Below, piece by piece: positions 1 to 8,921 of a stretch of 64,000 nucleotides of DNA. A program made the position numbers and the translations under genes. Below the pieces are notes generated by a model, which had not been told where the DNA came from, searched no databases, and was given only the letters and a program-made list of their open reading frames with translations. The stretch is from Patescibacteria group bacterium (lineage in GTDB: Bacteria > Patescibacteriota > Minisyncoccia > Phycocordibacterales > PALSA-1337). The stretch is from positions 62 to 64,061 of the forward strand of contig JAGXAG010000006.1 in the NCBI GenBank assembly GCA_018971685.1, written 5' to 3'. Every line of letters starts with the position of its first letter. Positions within the stretch are counted from its first letter, which is position 1.

Positions 1-775
1 ATGCGTTGCCATCTCCGTCGAAGGATCTGAATGTGTCGGCGAACACCGACAGCTTCAATGTGTAGGCGCCATTCAGAGACGATGAATTAGTAATGATGTC
101 GGTCGGGAGCTCCAGGAACCCCTGCGAGTCGATCAGACTCGTCATCTGATTGTTCGGATCATCGTTTCTGCTGTCGATGATTTCGAACGGCGTCTGATTT
201 CCCCTATTGCTCACTTCCAGCCTTGCCCACTTCAGATTGGGGATGTAAAAGGAGATCTTTCCTCCCAAGGCCGTGGAGAAACCAGACATGTCCGGTACCG
301 TGTACACTCCCTTGACCAGAACGGGTTTGATCAGTATATTCGATGGGGTGTAAAACAAGTACCATAAACCTTCGCCAAACCCATTCACGATTGTATTCCA
401 ATACACATACGCCGTCATGCCTTTCCCCTTGTCGGGGTTGAGGATCGGCGCCGTGTTTGTTAGAAAGTTCTGGAAAACAAACGCCATTTGGCCGGCAACG
501 AACCGGTCCATGGCCAATTTGTTGGTGAAATACCCTTCTTGTCCGGTCTGCCAACCGCCGGAATAGTAAAGTATTTTCTGACCATTGGTGTCATACGCCC
601 ACATACCTAGACTAACGGCGTTTGCTTTTGACACCGCATAGTCCGTCACCTTCTGAACTGTTCCCAGCGATAGAGACTGAGGCTGTCCGCCCGCGTTCCG
701 CGGAGAACAGACACTCATCACCATAGTCAAAGCGATCGCGAGGATCGCGGGAAAACCAACACGAGTCGTTCTCAT
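1..775 (-). CDS. Secreted hypothetical protein. The start codon is at 775-773 and the frame stays open through position 1, so the C-terminus lies outside the window
   Basis: Manual minus-strand translation gives MRTTRVGFPAILAIALTMVMSVCSPRNAGGQ..., a signal-peptide-like N-terminus, with no stop down to the window edge. The ORF track missed it because there is no in-window stop. Confidence 0.5.
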   Translation of the reverse strand, partial: MRTTRVGFPAILAIALTMVMSVCSPRNAGGQPQSLSLGTVQKVTDYAVSKANAVSLGMWAYDTNGQKILYYSGGWQTGQEGYFTNKLAMDRFVAGQMAFVFQNFLTNTAPILNPDKGKGMTAYVYWNTIVNGFGEGLWYLFYTPSNILIKPVLVKGVYTVPDMSGFSTALGGKISFYIPNLKWARLEVSNRGNQTPFEIIDSRNDDPNNQMTSLIDSQGFLELPTDIITNSSSLNGAYTLKLSVFADTFRSFDGDGNA

Positions 776-804
776 ACGACCCTCCTTTCTTTCTTTTCAG
801 GTTA

Positions 805-1065
805 ATGAGTGGCTCCGTCGACGGTTGTCAACGAACTAGCCAATCTGGTTATACTTATAGCATATCTGATGTATTTTGTAAAGGGTGGTGTGGGGACAGC
901 GCGAGAGATAGCTGCAATCAAGGATCGTCATTTTTCATCTCCACTCATAGAGGCAAGTCTGTTTTTCTGGAAATCAACTGTAACGGACAATGGGCGTGGA
1001 TTGAAGCCATGACGGGGCAACCGATATCCGCCAAGATTGCAGAAGTTCTGTCGAAAGGCTTGTGA
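805..1065 (+). CDS. Small Cys-rich hypothetical ORF (86 aa), followed directly by a rho-independent terminator
   Basis: It is the only plus-strand ORF upstream of the clear terminator hairpin at 1085-1126. No recognisable motifs. Confidence 0.2.
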   Translation: MSGSVDGCQRTSQSGYTYSISDVFCKGWCGDSARDSCNQGSSFFISTHRGKSVFLEINCNGQWAWIEAMTGQPISAKIAEVLSKGL

Positions 1066-1084
1066 TTGTGAGTATTAAAGACCG

Positions 1085-1126
1085 AGCCGTACTGTGGTAT
1101 CATTACGGTACGGCTTTTGTTTTTTA
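1085..1126 (+). terminator. Rho-independent terminator
   Basis: Stem AGCCGTAC / GTACGGCT with a 15-nt loop, followed by TTTTGTTTTTT. Confidence 0.6.
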
Positions 1127-1368
1127 TGAATGATGAACTCATAAAAATATTCAAGGAAGACCAAGACGACTTATGCCACCTGCGTAGACAGGCTGCTTAT
1201 CCGCCAAGGCAAGAAGCAAAAATTCGGCACGCAGTATTTCAAGAAAGACGCCGAAACGCCGTGGAGATTATTGCCGGTCGATCCTAATGTTTCCGATGAA
1301 GAAAGATTCAAATTCGGTTTACCGTCGTCGGCGGAGATGAAGAAGCGCGTGGAAAAATTGAACAAAAA

Positions 1369-3144
1369 ATGAACCTGCAGAAAGGAAAAATATATATCGG
1401 CTTCGCGGTACTTTTGCGCTACATGGGGAAATACAAGCGGGACATCATAATACTTTCGATCATGGGCGTGATTTCCGCGATCGGCAACGGCACCATACCT
1501 TATATCGCCGGCAAATTCTTCGACGCCGTGACCGGATCGGCCGCGGTTACATTCATGGACCAAACCATGCCTCTGTATATCGCCGTGCTTGCGCTCTGGA
1601 CCGTGATCCAGCTCGCCACTTACTTCATGGACTGGCGAATAAATATCATGAGCGAATATTTTTCCAACGCCGTCTGGCTCGATTATTTGGCGAACGGATT
1701 TGGATTCTTGCTGCTCTTGCCGATGTCGTTCCACAAGAAGCACAAAATCGGCGAGATCGGCAATAAAATAGGCATGGCCGCCGGCTCGCTCGAGACTATT
1801 GCCGGCAGGATCGTCATCGATTTGGCGCCGCAGATCCTGTCGATAGTGATCGCGCTCGGCATCGCCTTTTATATGAAGCCGATCATGGCGGCACTGCTCT
1901 TGGCCGGCCTGATCGTCTATTTGTTCGTCCTCGTACGCAAGATCAAACCTCTGGCCGGTTACCAAAAGGCGTATTATGATATCGTCTCGACCGCTGTTTG
2001 GGGAGACAATTATGACACTATCGGCAACGCCATCGCCGTGAAGCAGGCCACGGCCGAAGAATACGAGCGGGCCAAAATGTCCAGAAACGCCAAGAAGGCC
2101 TTGCCGCTGTGGATGCGGCTGACCAAAGTTTGGGGTAACTTGAGTTTGTACCAGCGGCTGACGATACTTTCGACGCAGGTGGTTATATTTATTTTGTCGG
2201 CCATCTTCATCCGGGCGGGTACGATGACTATCGGCGAATTGATCGCGTTCAATGCTTACGCCGCGATGATATTCGGGCCGTTCGTGACTATAGCCAGGAA
2301 TTGGCAGACGATCCAGAACGGCGTGGTCAATATCAACGAGACCGAGAAAATCCTGGAAATGGAGCCGGAAAACTACCGTCCGAAACGCGCGGTCGATTTT
2401 GAGATCAAGGGCGGCATATCGTTCCGGAATGTTAGCTTCCAATACGACAGCGGCAAACCGGTCTTGGAGGACATTTCCTTCGAGGTGAAGCCCGGCGAAG
2501 TGGTTGCGCTGGTCGGAGAGTCGGGGGTGGGCAAGAGCACGCTGGTCGACCTGGTGTCGGGTTACCATTTCCCGGACAAAGGAACGGTGGCGATCGACGG
2601 GCACGATATCCGCGAAGTCGATTTGCGCAAGCTGCGGTCGAAGATAGCGGTGGTGCCGCAGGAGGTGGTTTTATTCAACGACACGATCGAAATGAATATC
2701 AAATACGGCAACTTCGAAGCGCCGGCGGAGCGCCTGGCGGAAGCGGCGCGCAAGGCGGATGCCGTCGGCTTCATCGAGAAATTCCCGGACAAGTGGCGGC
2801 AATTGGTGGGCGAGCGCGGCATCAAGCTTTCGGTCGGCCAGAAGCAGAGGGTTTCGATCGCGCGGGCGATCTTGCGGGATCCGGTCATACTCATTCTCGA
2901 CGAACCGACCTCGGCGCTGGATGCCGGCACGGAAAAGACGATCACGGGTTCATTGGACGGATTGATGCGCGGCAAGACGACCTTCATCATCGCTCACCGC
3001 CTGTCGACAGTCCGCCGCGCGGATATCATTCTGGTCTTCAAAGGCGGCAAGATCATCGAGCGCGGCCGCCACGAAGAGTTGTTGAAAATCGCCGGTGGCG
3101 AATACAGACGGCTGTATGAATTGCAGATAGGGCTGCACGGGTAG
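1369..3144 (+). CDS. ABC transporter, fused permease/ATP-binding protein (MsbA-like exporter)
   Basis: N-terminal six-TM domain. Walker A GESGVGKST, ABC signature LSVGQKQRVSIARA, Walker B ILILDEPTSALD. Confidence 0.85.
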   Translation: MNLQKGKIYIGFAVLLRYMGKYKRDIIILSIMGVISAIGNGTIPYIAGKFFDAVTGSAAVTFMDQTMPLYIAVLALWTVIQLATYFMDWRINIMSEYFSNAVWLDYLANGFGFLLLLPMSFHKKHKIGEIGNKIGMAAGSLETIAGRIVIDLAPQILSIVIALGIAFYMKPIMAALLLAGLIVYLFVLVRKIKPLAGYQKAYYDIVSTAVWGDNYDTIGNAIAVKQATAEEYERAKMSRNAKKALPLWMRLTKVWGNLSLYQRLTILSTQVVIFILSAIFIRAGTMTIGELIAFNAYAAMIFGPFVTIARNWQTIQNGVVNINETEKILEMEPENYRPKRAVDFEIKGGISFRNVSFQYDSGKPVLEDISFEVKPGEVVALVGESGVGKSTLVDLVSGYHFPDKGTVAIDGHDIREVDLRKLRSKIAVVPQEVVLFNDTIEMNIKYGNFEAPAERLAEAARKADAVGFIEKFPDKWRQLVGERGIKLSVGQKQRVSIARAILRDPVILILDEPTSALDAGTEKTITGSLDGLMRGKTTFIIAHRLSTVRRADIILVFKGGKIIERGRHEELLKIAGGEYRRLYELQIGLHG

Positions 3145-3184
3145 GGAGATGGCCGACGATTTTCGGCATAAAATAGCCGATTAT

Positions 3185-3244
3185 CCACAAATTAGTACCC
3201 AATTTGTGGACTTTACTCCACAAATTTGGTAGTATTTGGGTACT
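3185..3244. promoter_or_regulatory. Operator-like nested palindromes directly upstream of the AAA+ ATPase gene
   Basis: TCCACAAATT-AGTACCC-AATTTGTGGA, then TTGTGGAc-ttta-cTCCACAA, then TCCACAAATT...GGGTACT. Half-site TCCACAAATT recurs 33 bp apart. AGTACCC/GGGTACT are inverted. Confidence 0.4.
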
Positions 3245-4372
3245 ATGTATCCGAGAACATTGGCTAAAATTGTCGCCGAGTCCTTCAAAACCGGTTTTAT
3301 AACTGTTATTTATGGCGCCAGGCGCGTGGGTAAGACGGTTTTATTGGAACAGGTGAGGGCACTCATGAAAAACGACAAAGTCATCTCTTTCAATGGCGAT
3401 ACATCAGAAGCCGTAAACGCCTTGAGCACCAATTCCGAAGTGCGCCTGAGCGGACTCGTAAAAGACCGCGATGTGATATTCGTCGACGAAGCCCAGAAGA
3501 TTCCGGGCATTTCCCTGGCCCTGAAGATTATCATAGACAAATATCCGGAAAAAAAAATCTTGGTCACCGGTTCCTCGTCGCTCGATCTTTCGCGCGGCGC
3601 GCACGAGAATCTTACCGGCAGATATCGGCCGTTCATCCTGTTTCCGCTCAGTACCGGAGAATTGTCTTACGACATGGAACCTTTCCAGAGACAAGCGCTC
3701 CTGGAAGACCAGCTCGTTTTCGGCGGATATCCCCATGTTTACGCGCTTCGTGACAGGGAAGAGCGGAAAAAATATCTTACCGATGTCGCAAGGGATTATC
3801 TTTTCAAAGACATTCTGGAATTGGAACAGCTGAGACAACCGGATGGCCTGAAGAAATTGGCCGCCATGATTGCTTTCCAAATCGGCCAAGAAGTGTCTTT
3901 GAACGAATTGTCGAGCAGTCTCGGCATGAGCGTAAAAACCGTGGCCAAGTATTTGAGCCTGCTGGAGAAAAGCTTCGTACTCTTCAAACTCGACGCATTC
4001 TCGACCAATCCGCGCAAAGAAATCGCCAAAAGCAAAAAATACTACTTTTACGATTTGGGCATCCGCAACGCCTTGGCCGAACAATGGCAGCCGCTCTCTT
4101 CGCGCGCCGATGTCGGCCAGTTGTGGGAAAACTTTCTCATGATCGAGCGGATGAAAGCGAAGGAATATTCCGGCCGGATATCATCCAGCTATTTTTGGAG
4201 GAATTACTCCGGCGCCGAGATAGACTTGATCGAATCGGCAGACGGGAAAATATCGGCATACGAATTCAAATGGAGCAAAGACGGCGCCAAGACGCCGAAC
4301 AGTTTCAAAGAGAATTACGGCATCGAAGCTGAGACGGTGAACCGGGACAATTATTTGCCGTTCGTGTCATAA
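3245..4372 (+). CDS. AAA+ superfamily ATPase with a DUF4143-type C-terminal domain (COG1373-like)
   Basis: Walker A GARRVGKT, Walker B VIFVDEAQ. The track ORF starts at TTG 3236; ATG 3245 (MYPRTLAKIV) is the likely start. Confidence 0.75.
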   Translation: MYPRTLAKIVAESFKTGFITVIYGARRVGKTVLLEQVRALMKNDKVISFNGDTSEAVNALSTNSEVRLSGLVKDRDVIFVDEAQKIPGISLALKIIIDKYPEKKILVTGSSSLDLSRGAHENLTGRYRPFILFPLSTGELSYDMEPFQRQALLEDQLVFGGYPHVYALRDREERKKYLTDVARDYLFKDILELEQLRQPDGLKKLAAMIAFQIGQEVSLNELSSSLGMSVKTVAKYLSLLEKSFVLFKLDAFSTNPRKEIAKSKKYYFYDLGIRNALAEQWQPLSSRADVGQLWENFLMIERMKAKEYSGRISSSYFWRNYSGAEIDLIESADGKISAYEFKWSKDGAKTPNSFKENYGIEAETVNRDNYLPFVS

Positions 4373-4511
4373 GAGCCATATACAGTGAAGTTTAGCTCGT
4401 AAAGAGCAGGATAATATGCAAAATTTTGTCCTGATTTTCGGAAACATCTTTCATAATCGTATCATTTAACGCCCGTAACCGTATCATTTTGATACGATTG
4501 CGGCGATCTTT

Positions 4512-4520
4512 TGCTATAAT
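4512..4520 (+). promoter_or_regulatory. Extended -10 promoter element TGCTATAAT
   Basis: TGnTATAAT, 12 nt upstream of ATG 4532. The same nonamer also occurs at 14233, 24757 and 34229. Confidence 0.45.
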
Positions 4521-4531
4521 TAACGCAAACA

Positions 4532-4762
4532 ATGTCGAAAAAAGTCATAGATCTGTTTTCCGGCGTAGGCGGTTTGAGCTACGGCTTTGCCAATGACCGC
4601 AATTTCGAGATCGTCGCGGCCAACGAAATATTGCCGAACATGGCGAAAGCGTACTCGCTCAATCATCCGTCGGTGAAGATGTACGCGGAAGACATTAAAA
4701 ATTTCACCGCCGACAGATTGGCTATACAGCCATTGATACTGCTTCAAGGTGGAGATATCTGA
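4532..4762 (+). pseudogene. Truncated DNA (cytosine-5)-methyltransferase, N-terminal 76 aa only
   Basis: Motif I DLFSGVGGLSYGF and AANEI are present. The ORF stops at ...LLQGGDI*, exactly where the catalytic PCQ motif (motif IV) would follow. Confidence 0.6.
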
Positions 4763-4803
4763 AAGTATACAGTGACCAAACCACACACAACTCAATTAGA
4801 TTT

Positions 4804-4985
4804 TTGGAGGAAGTCATGAGTAAATTTCCACACAGAATACATGCAATCAAATCTGATAATGGAAGTATATTTACTAACTACTACTTAGGCACAAACAAAC
4901 GAAGTGATGCGACTGTAAAAACGATGCATGCATTAGATGTGTTCTGTACACAAAACAACATCATTCACTACCCTCACCCCATTGG
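4804..4985 (+). mobile_element. Remnant of a transposase/integrase catalytic core (rve-like fragment)
   Basis: HRIHAIKSDNGSIFTNYY resembles the xxSDNGxEF integrase core. The ORF runs into the 3' end of the convergent HK gene and has no complete DDE domain. Confidence 0.35.
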
Positions 4986-6641
4986 CAGCCATATAACCGC
5001 CCGGGCGCCGAGATCTTTGCCTTTTGACTCTATCTTGAACTCGCCGCGGTGCGCTTTGACTATGGCTTTGACGACGGAAAGCCCGATGCCCATGCCGATG
5101 GGATTGAGCTCGCGCGCTTGATGGCCGCGGAAGAACAGGGAAGTGCCGATCTTCCCGCGCTCTTCAGGACTGATGCCTATGCCGGTATTCTCGATTGCGA
5201 TCTCGAATAAGCCGCCGCGCTTGCCGGTGGTTATGGAGACAGAACCGTTCCGGCGGTTGTATTTGACGGCGTTCTCGACCACGATGAACAAACATTCCCG
5301 CATCTTATCGTAATCGACCGGGAATTCCGGCCAGGCGTCGGCATTCATGGGATACGATACGGCTATGCCGGACCGCTCTATGTCCAAGTGCAATTCGTCA
5401 ATCACTTCCCGGACGGCCGGCATGAGGCTGCCCACGGAAGTATTCAGGATATTGGTGCCGGCCTTGATGGCGGTTATGTCCAGGAAGTCGTCCACGATAT
5501 GCGTCAGGCGGTCTACTGAGCCGCTTGCCTCCATGAGCGCTTGCCTGGCTTCGCCGTCGATCTCCCCGCGCTCTCCTTTGAGCAGAGATTCTATTTCCCA
5601 ACGGATGCCGGTTATGGGCGTGCGCAAATGGTGCTGGGTGATCATGATGAACTGGTCTTTGGTCTCGTTCAACCTCTCCAGGTCCTTCCGCGCTTTTTTC
5701 TCCATCTCGTACGCGTGCTTCACTTCGGCGGTCTGGTCGGCCACTTTTTGCTCGAGATTTTTGTTGAGGTCGGAAAGTTTGGCGCGCTGTTCGGCTTCGC
5801 GCAGGGAAATCTTCAGCAAATATGTTGCCAGGGCGATGAATACGATGAAAGTCGCCGCGCGGCCGGCGATTCCCCAAGACAGGTCGATGAATATGTTCAC
5901 GAAAAATATGACCGTCATGCCGATCGCCAGCACCTCCGTCGCCACTGCCCGGACATTCATTTGGCGGTATTTGATGATGGAGTAGGCTATGAACGGTATC
6001 CAAACTATCTCCGTCACGGGTCCCAACCAATTAAGGCCGAAATATCCGAATCTGGGCAACACTATGCACATGAGGCTCGGCGGCGTGGCCCCCACGATTA
6101 TCGTCAATAGCATGTATTTCAAATTTCCTTTGGTGTTTTTGTCGGAATAGTATTTGTATTTTCTATAAAGTATCGCCACGCCGTAAGCGAAAAATCCGAA
6201 AAAGACCAACTCAAACAGAAACGACAACGATCCGAAACGCCATCCCCACGGATGCGCGGCGCTTATCGGAAATTCGCTGTAGATTATCTTATCCGTGAAT
6301 AAGAACAGGTAGCAGAATATGATCTGTAAAATTACCAGCGACCAAGTGAACAGAGTGCTCGGCTTCTTGTCTTCGGGGTAAGTGATGAAGAAATATAGAA
6401 ACGCTGTCGCTATGGTGCTGCCCAAGAAATAAGTCAGCCGAGAATAAAAAAGAGCGCTTTGGTAATCTCTGGAAGACACGAACAATCCCACGCAAAATAT
6501 CCAAATCGTGACCCATAATATACTGTGCGCGAATGCGCGCGACGACAAATTTTTACTTCCCAAAAATACCACTAATGCAAGACTGCCGATCAGAATTGAT
6601 GTAAACCAAATTAGCGTGCCGTATATGGTTATTTCAGGCAT
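4974..6641 (-). CDS. Sensor histidine kinase with multi-TM N-terminus, HisKA and HATPase_c
   Basis: About seven TM helices, a coiled coil, H-box ITQHHLRTPITGI, then N/G1/G2 boxes (NAVKYN, GTGIGISPEE, GMGIGLSVV). Confidence 0.8.
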   Translation of the reverse strand: MPEITIYGTLIWFTSILIGSLALVVFLGSKNLSSRAFAHSILWVTIWIFCVGLFVSSRDYQSALFYSRLTYFLGSTIATAFLYFFITYPEDKKPSTLFTWSLVILQIIFCYLFLFTDKIIYSEFPISAAHPWGWRFGSLSFLFELVFFGFFAYGVAILYRKYKYYSDKNTKGNLKYMLLTIIVGATPPSLMCIVLPRFGYFGLNWLGPVTEIVWIPFIAYSIIKYRQMNVRAVATEVLAIGMTVIFFVNIFIDLSWGIAGRAATFIVFIALATYLLKISLREAEQRAKLSDLNKNLEQKVADQTAEVKHAYEMEKKARKDLERLNETKDQFIMITQHHLRTPITGIRWEIESLLKGERGEIDGEARQALMEASGSVDRLTHIVDDFLDITAIKAGTNILNTSVGSLMPAVREVIDELHLDIERSGIAVSYPMNADAWPEFPVDYDKMRECLFIVVENAVKYNRRNGSVSITTGKRGGLFEIAIENTGIGISPEERGKIGTSLFFRGHQARELNPIGMGIGLSVVKAIVKAHRGEFKIESKGKDLGARAVIWLPMG

Positions 6642-6664
6642 AGTGTGATTTAATTATAACACTT

Positions 6665-7789
6665 ATGAGAACTTATATTCTTACCGGAGGAACTGGATTT
6701 TTGGGTTTATATCTATCACGAGAAATTCTCAATCATGGAGACCGTATCATATTCATAGGAAGAGCCAGAAATGGTTTGTCTTTCAGGGAAAGAATGTCCA
6801 ATGCGTTAGGGAGCTATGAAGCCAGATCTGCGGAATTCGTCGAAGCTGACATAGTCGACGGTGAAGTAAAATCAATGATTGAATCTGTATCCCGAATACC
6901 TTGGCCCGTAGATGGAGTATGGCACCTTGCAGCTGATCTGAGCTTTAATCCAAAAAACAGAGAGCGGGTCTTTAGTGTAAATATCGGCGGCACAAGGAAT
7001 GCCATAAAGCTGTCAGAAAATTTGAAATGCCCGTTGTATTACATTAGCACCGCTTATGTACATGGACGAAGATCTGGCGTTGCCTTTGAGAGATATGAGG
7101 CACGGCCAAAAAAATTCAATAATGCTTATGAAGAGAGCAAGTTTGAAACGGAGCAACTGATAAAAAATGCCTCCAATCTGAAGACGGTTATATTCAGGCC
7201 GAGCATTCTGATAGATCATGATACCAAGCGTACAAGCAATTTCGGATATTATTCGTTTATCGTGAGCATGTTGCAGTTCCGCGACGCGTTGAAACTAAAC
7301 GATTATCAGATTGCTTACATACCATTTCCATTTTTTTATTACAGTAAATCACTTCTAAATCTGATGCCGGTTACTACAGCTGTCACTATGATGTATCGCA
7401 TATCTCAAGATGCGAGGTCTCAAGGAAAAATATTCCACATTTGTAATCCAAACCCTTTTCCTGTGGGTGATATATTTAAGCAGACTCTGGACGCTCTCTG
7501 CGTCAGAATACCCCTATTCGGAGTACCTAAAGCAATCGCACTGGTCTACTTTGTCATGTTTAGCTTTTTCGGATCATTTATGAAATCTTTCCGGTCGATC
7601 GCAAAGAGGATTAAATATTTCAAATGGTATATTATTGAACGCATATCGTATGATATGACCAACACTAAAGAGTTGTCTGGAGATAATTTTGGCGATTCTT
7701 TTAAATTTCCATCAGATTACATATATATCACAGCATCGTCTTTTTGTAGTAGAATAAGGTCACAATCACATGAAAACATTAAATATTGA
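6665..7789 (+). CDS. SDR-family NAD(P)-dependent reductase, thioester-reductase/NAD_binding_4-like
   Basis: Rossmann motif TGGTGFLG, YISTAYVHG, catalytic YEESK (YxxxK). AT-rich relative to its neighbours. Confidence 0.65.
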   Translation: MRTYILTGGTGFLGLYLSREILNHGDRIIFIGRARNGLSFRERMSNALGSYEARSAEFVEADIVDGEVKSMIESVSRIPWPVDGVWHLAADLSFNPKNRERVFSVNIGGTRNAIKLSENLKCPLYYISTAYVHGRRSGVAFERYEARPKKFNNAYEESKFETEQLIKNASNLKTVIFRPSILIDHDTKRTSNFGYYSFIVSMLQFRDALKLNDYQIAYIPFPFFYYSKSLLNLMPVTTAVTMMYRISQDARSQGKIFHICNPNPFPVGDIFKQTLDALCVRIPLFGVPKAIALVYFVMFSFFGSFMKSFRSIAKRIKYFKWYIIERISYDMTNTKELSGDNFGDSFKFPSDYIYITASSFCSRIRSQSHENIKY

Positions 7790-8903
7790 TTCTATAATAC
7801 CGTCTTTCGGTATTGAAACAGTTACGGAAAGCAATTTTCCAGCGTATGTAACATTTAAAAAACAAGTAGAAATCCCCTCGCCTACTTATTGGTACTATCG
7901 CTTTCTATTATTCCTAATAAAAGTAATCGTCAAAATACGGTTGGGTATAATAGGCCAGTCGTATAAGAAATATAGAAGCCCAAAACATCTTAACAATGAT
8001 GAGGTTGAGAAAGTGTACAATAGAGAAGCGGACAGCTACGAACGCAAACACCATTTGACGACAAATTTTCGTGATACTTGGTGGAGGAGACAGAGCGGTC
8101 TGGATGTGATTTCTTTTGTTCAGGAAAAAAGCAGGATGGGAGAAGAAGTAAATTTGTTAGATATTGCCACAGGAGTCGGGCTTTCAATTGAAGAGATGTT
8201 AAGAGTCTTTAGGCAATATTCCGTAAGACTTAATATAACCGCAATCGATTACAACAAAGAAATGCTTCGCGTGGCCAACGACATAGTCTTGGCTAGAATA
8301 CGAAAATCCGGCACGCTTGATGGCGGGAACCGGCTGAGATTCGTCCGCGGTGATGCTCGCTCATTATCTCGTGCTTCAGATGGAGACGGCAATACTTCGG
8401 AGGAATTCGTCAAATTCAAAGAAGGATCCGTAGACTGTATAACTATTATGTTCGGTATCGGCGGCATACATGATTTTATCGATTCTTACAGAGAACAGTT
8501 GAAAATTCTGAAGTGCGGCGGTATAGCTTCAATCAATGATATGCATAAACCCGTCTTTGATTTTTCCGAAAAATGGCCTTTTTACATAGGCCGAAAGACT
8601 CGCGACATATTCAGCATGATGGCATGGGAAATAGCGGCCAAACCCTTGGCGTTGGGAACACTATGGGGTTGGCGAGATCCAAGCATTGATTTCCATATTC
8701 TCCCTTACATTTGCATCAGTGATCAAAAAAATAATAAATACTACGGCTTTAAGCAAAAATATTTTTCGTTGAACAATGAATTTTGGTGGTTCAAATTACC
8801 TGTCGTCTCGACTGCGCGTATAATTCTTGAAAAGGTCGAAATTGATAGGCCGGAGTTCGAACGGAGAAATGCCATAGTTGAAAGTATATTTGCCAGTAAT
8901 TAG
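7770..8903 (+). CDS. Class I SAM-dependent methyltransferase
   Basis: Motif I LLDIATGVG and a downstream acidic motif. Its start overlaps the end of the SDR gene. Confidence 0.6.
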   Translation: MKTLNIDSIIPSFGIETVTESNFPAYVTFKKQVEIPSPTYWYYRFLLFLIKVIVKIRLGIIGQSYKKYRSPKHLNNDEVEKVYNREADSYERKHHLTTNFRDTWWRRQSGLDVISFVQEKSRMGEEVNLLDIATGVGLSIEEMLRVFRQYSVRLNITAIDYNKEMLRVANDIVLARIRKSGTLDGGNRLRFVRGDARSLSRASDGDGNTSEEFVKFKEGSVDCITIMFGIGGIHDFIDSYREQLKILKCGGIASINDMHKPVFDFSEKWPFYIGRKTRDIFSMMAWEIAAKPLALGTLWGWRDPSIDFHILPYICISDQKNNKYYGFKQKYFSLNNEFWWFKLPVVSTARIILEKVEIDRPEFERRNAIVESIFASN

Positions 8904-8921
8904 TAAATCCTCGACAAATAA

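Noticed and set aside
1127-1368. Short ORFs upstream of the ABC transporter (a 52-aa ATG ORF, and a non-ATG frame ending in ATGA overlap with the transporter start)
   Set aside because: No ATG in the overlapping frame, no motifs, and below confident size. Treated as leader sequence.
1171-2604. 477-aa minus-strand ORF
   Set aside because: Lies antisense within the well-supported ABC transporter gene, has an Arg/His-rich composition typical of antisense ORFs in GC-rich coding sequence, and has no motifs.
3404-4084. 226-aa minus-strand ORF
   Set aside because: Antisense to the AAA+ ATPase gene.
5347-6110. Several 189-212 aa ORFs on both strands
   Set aside because: All are nested in alternative frames of the histidine kinase gene 4974-6641.
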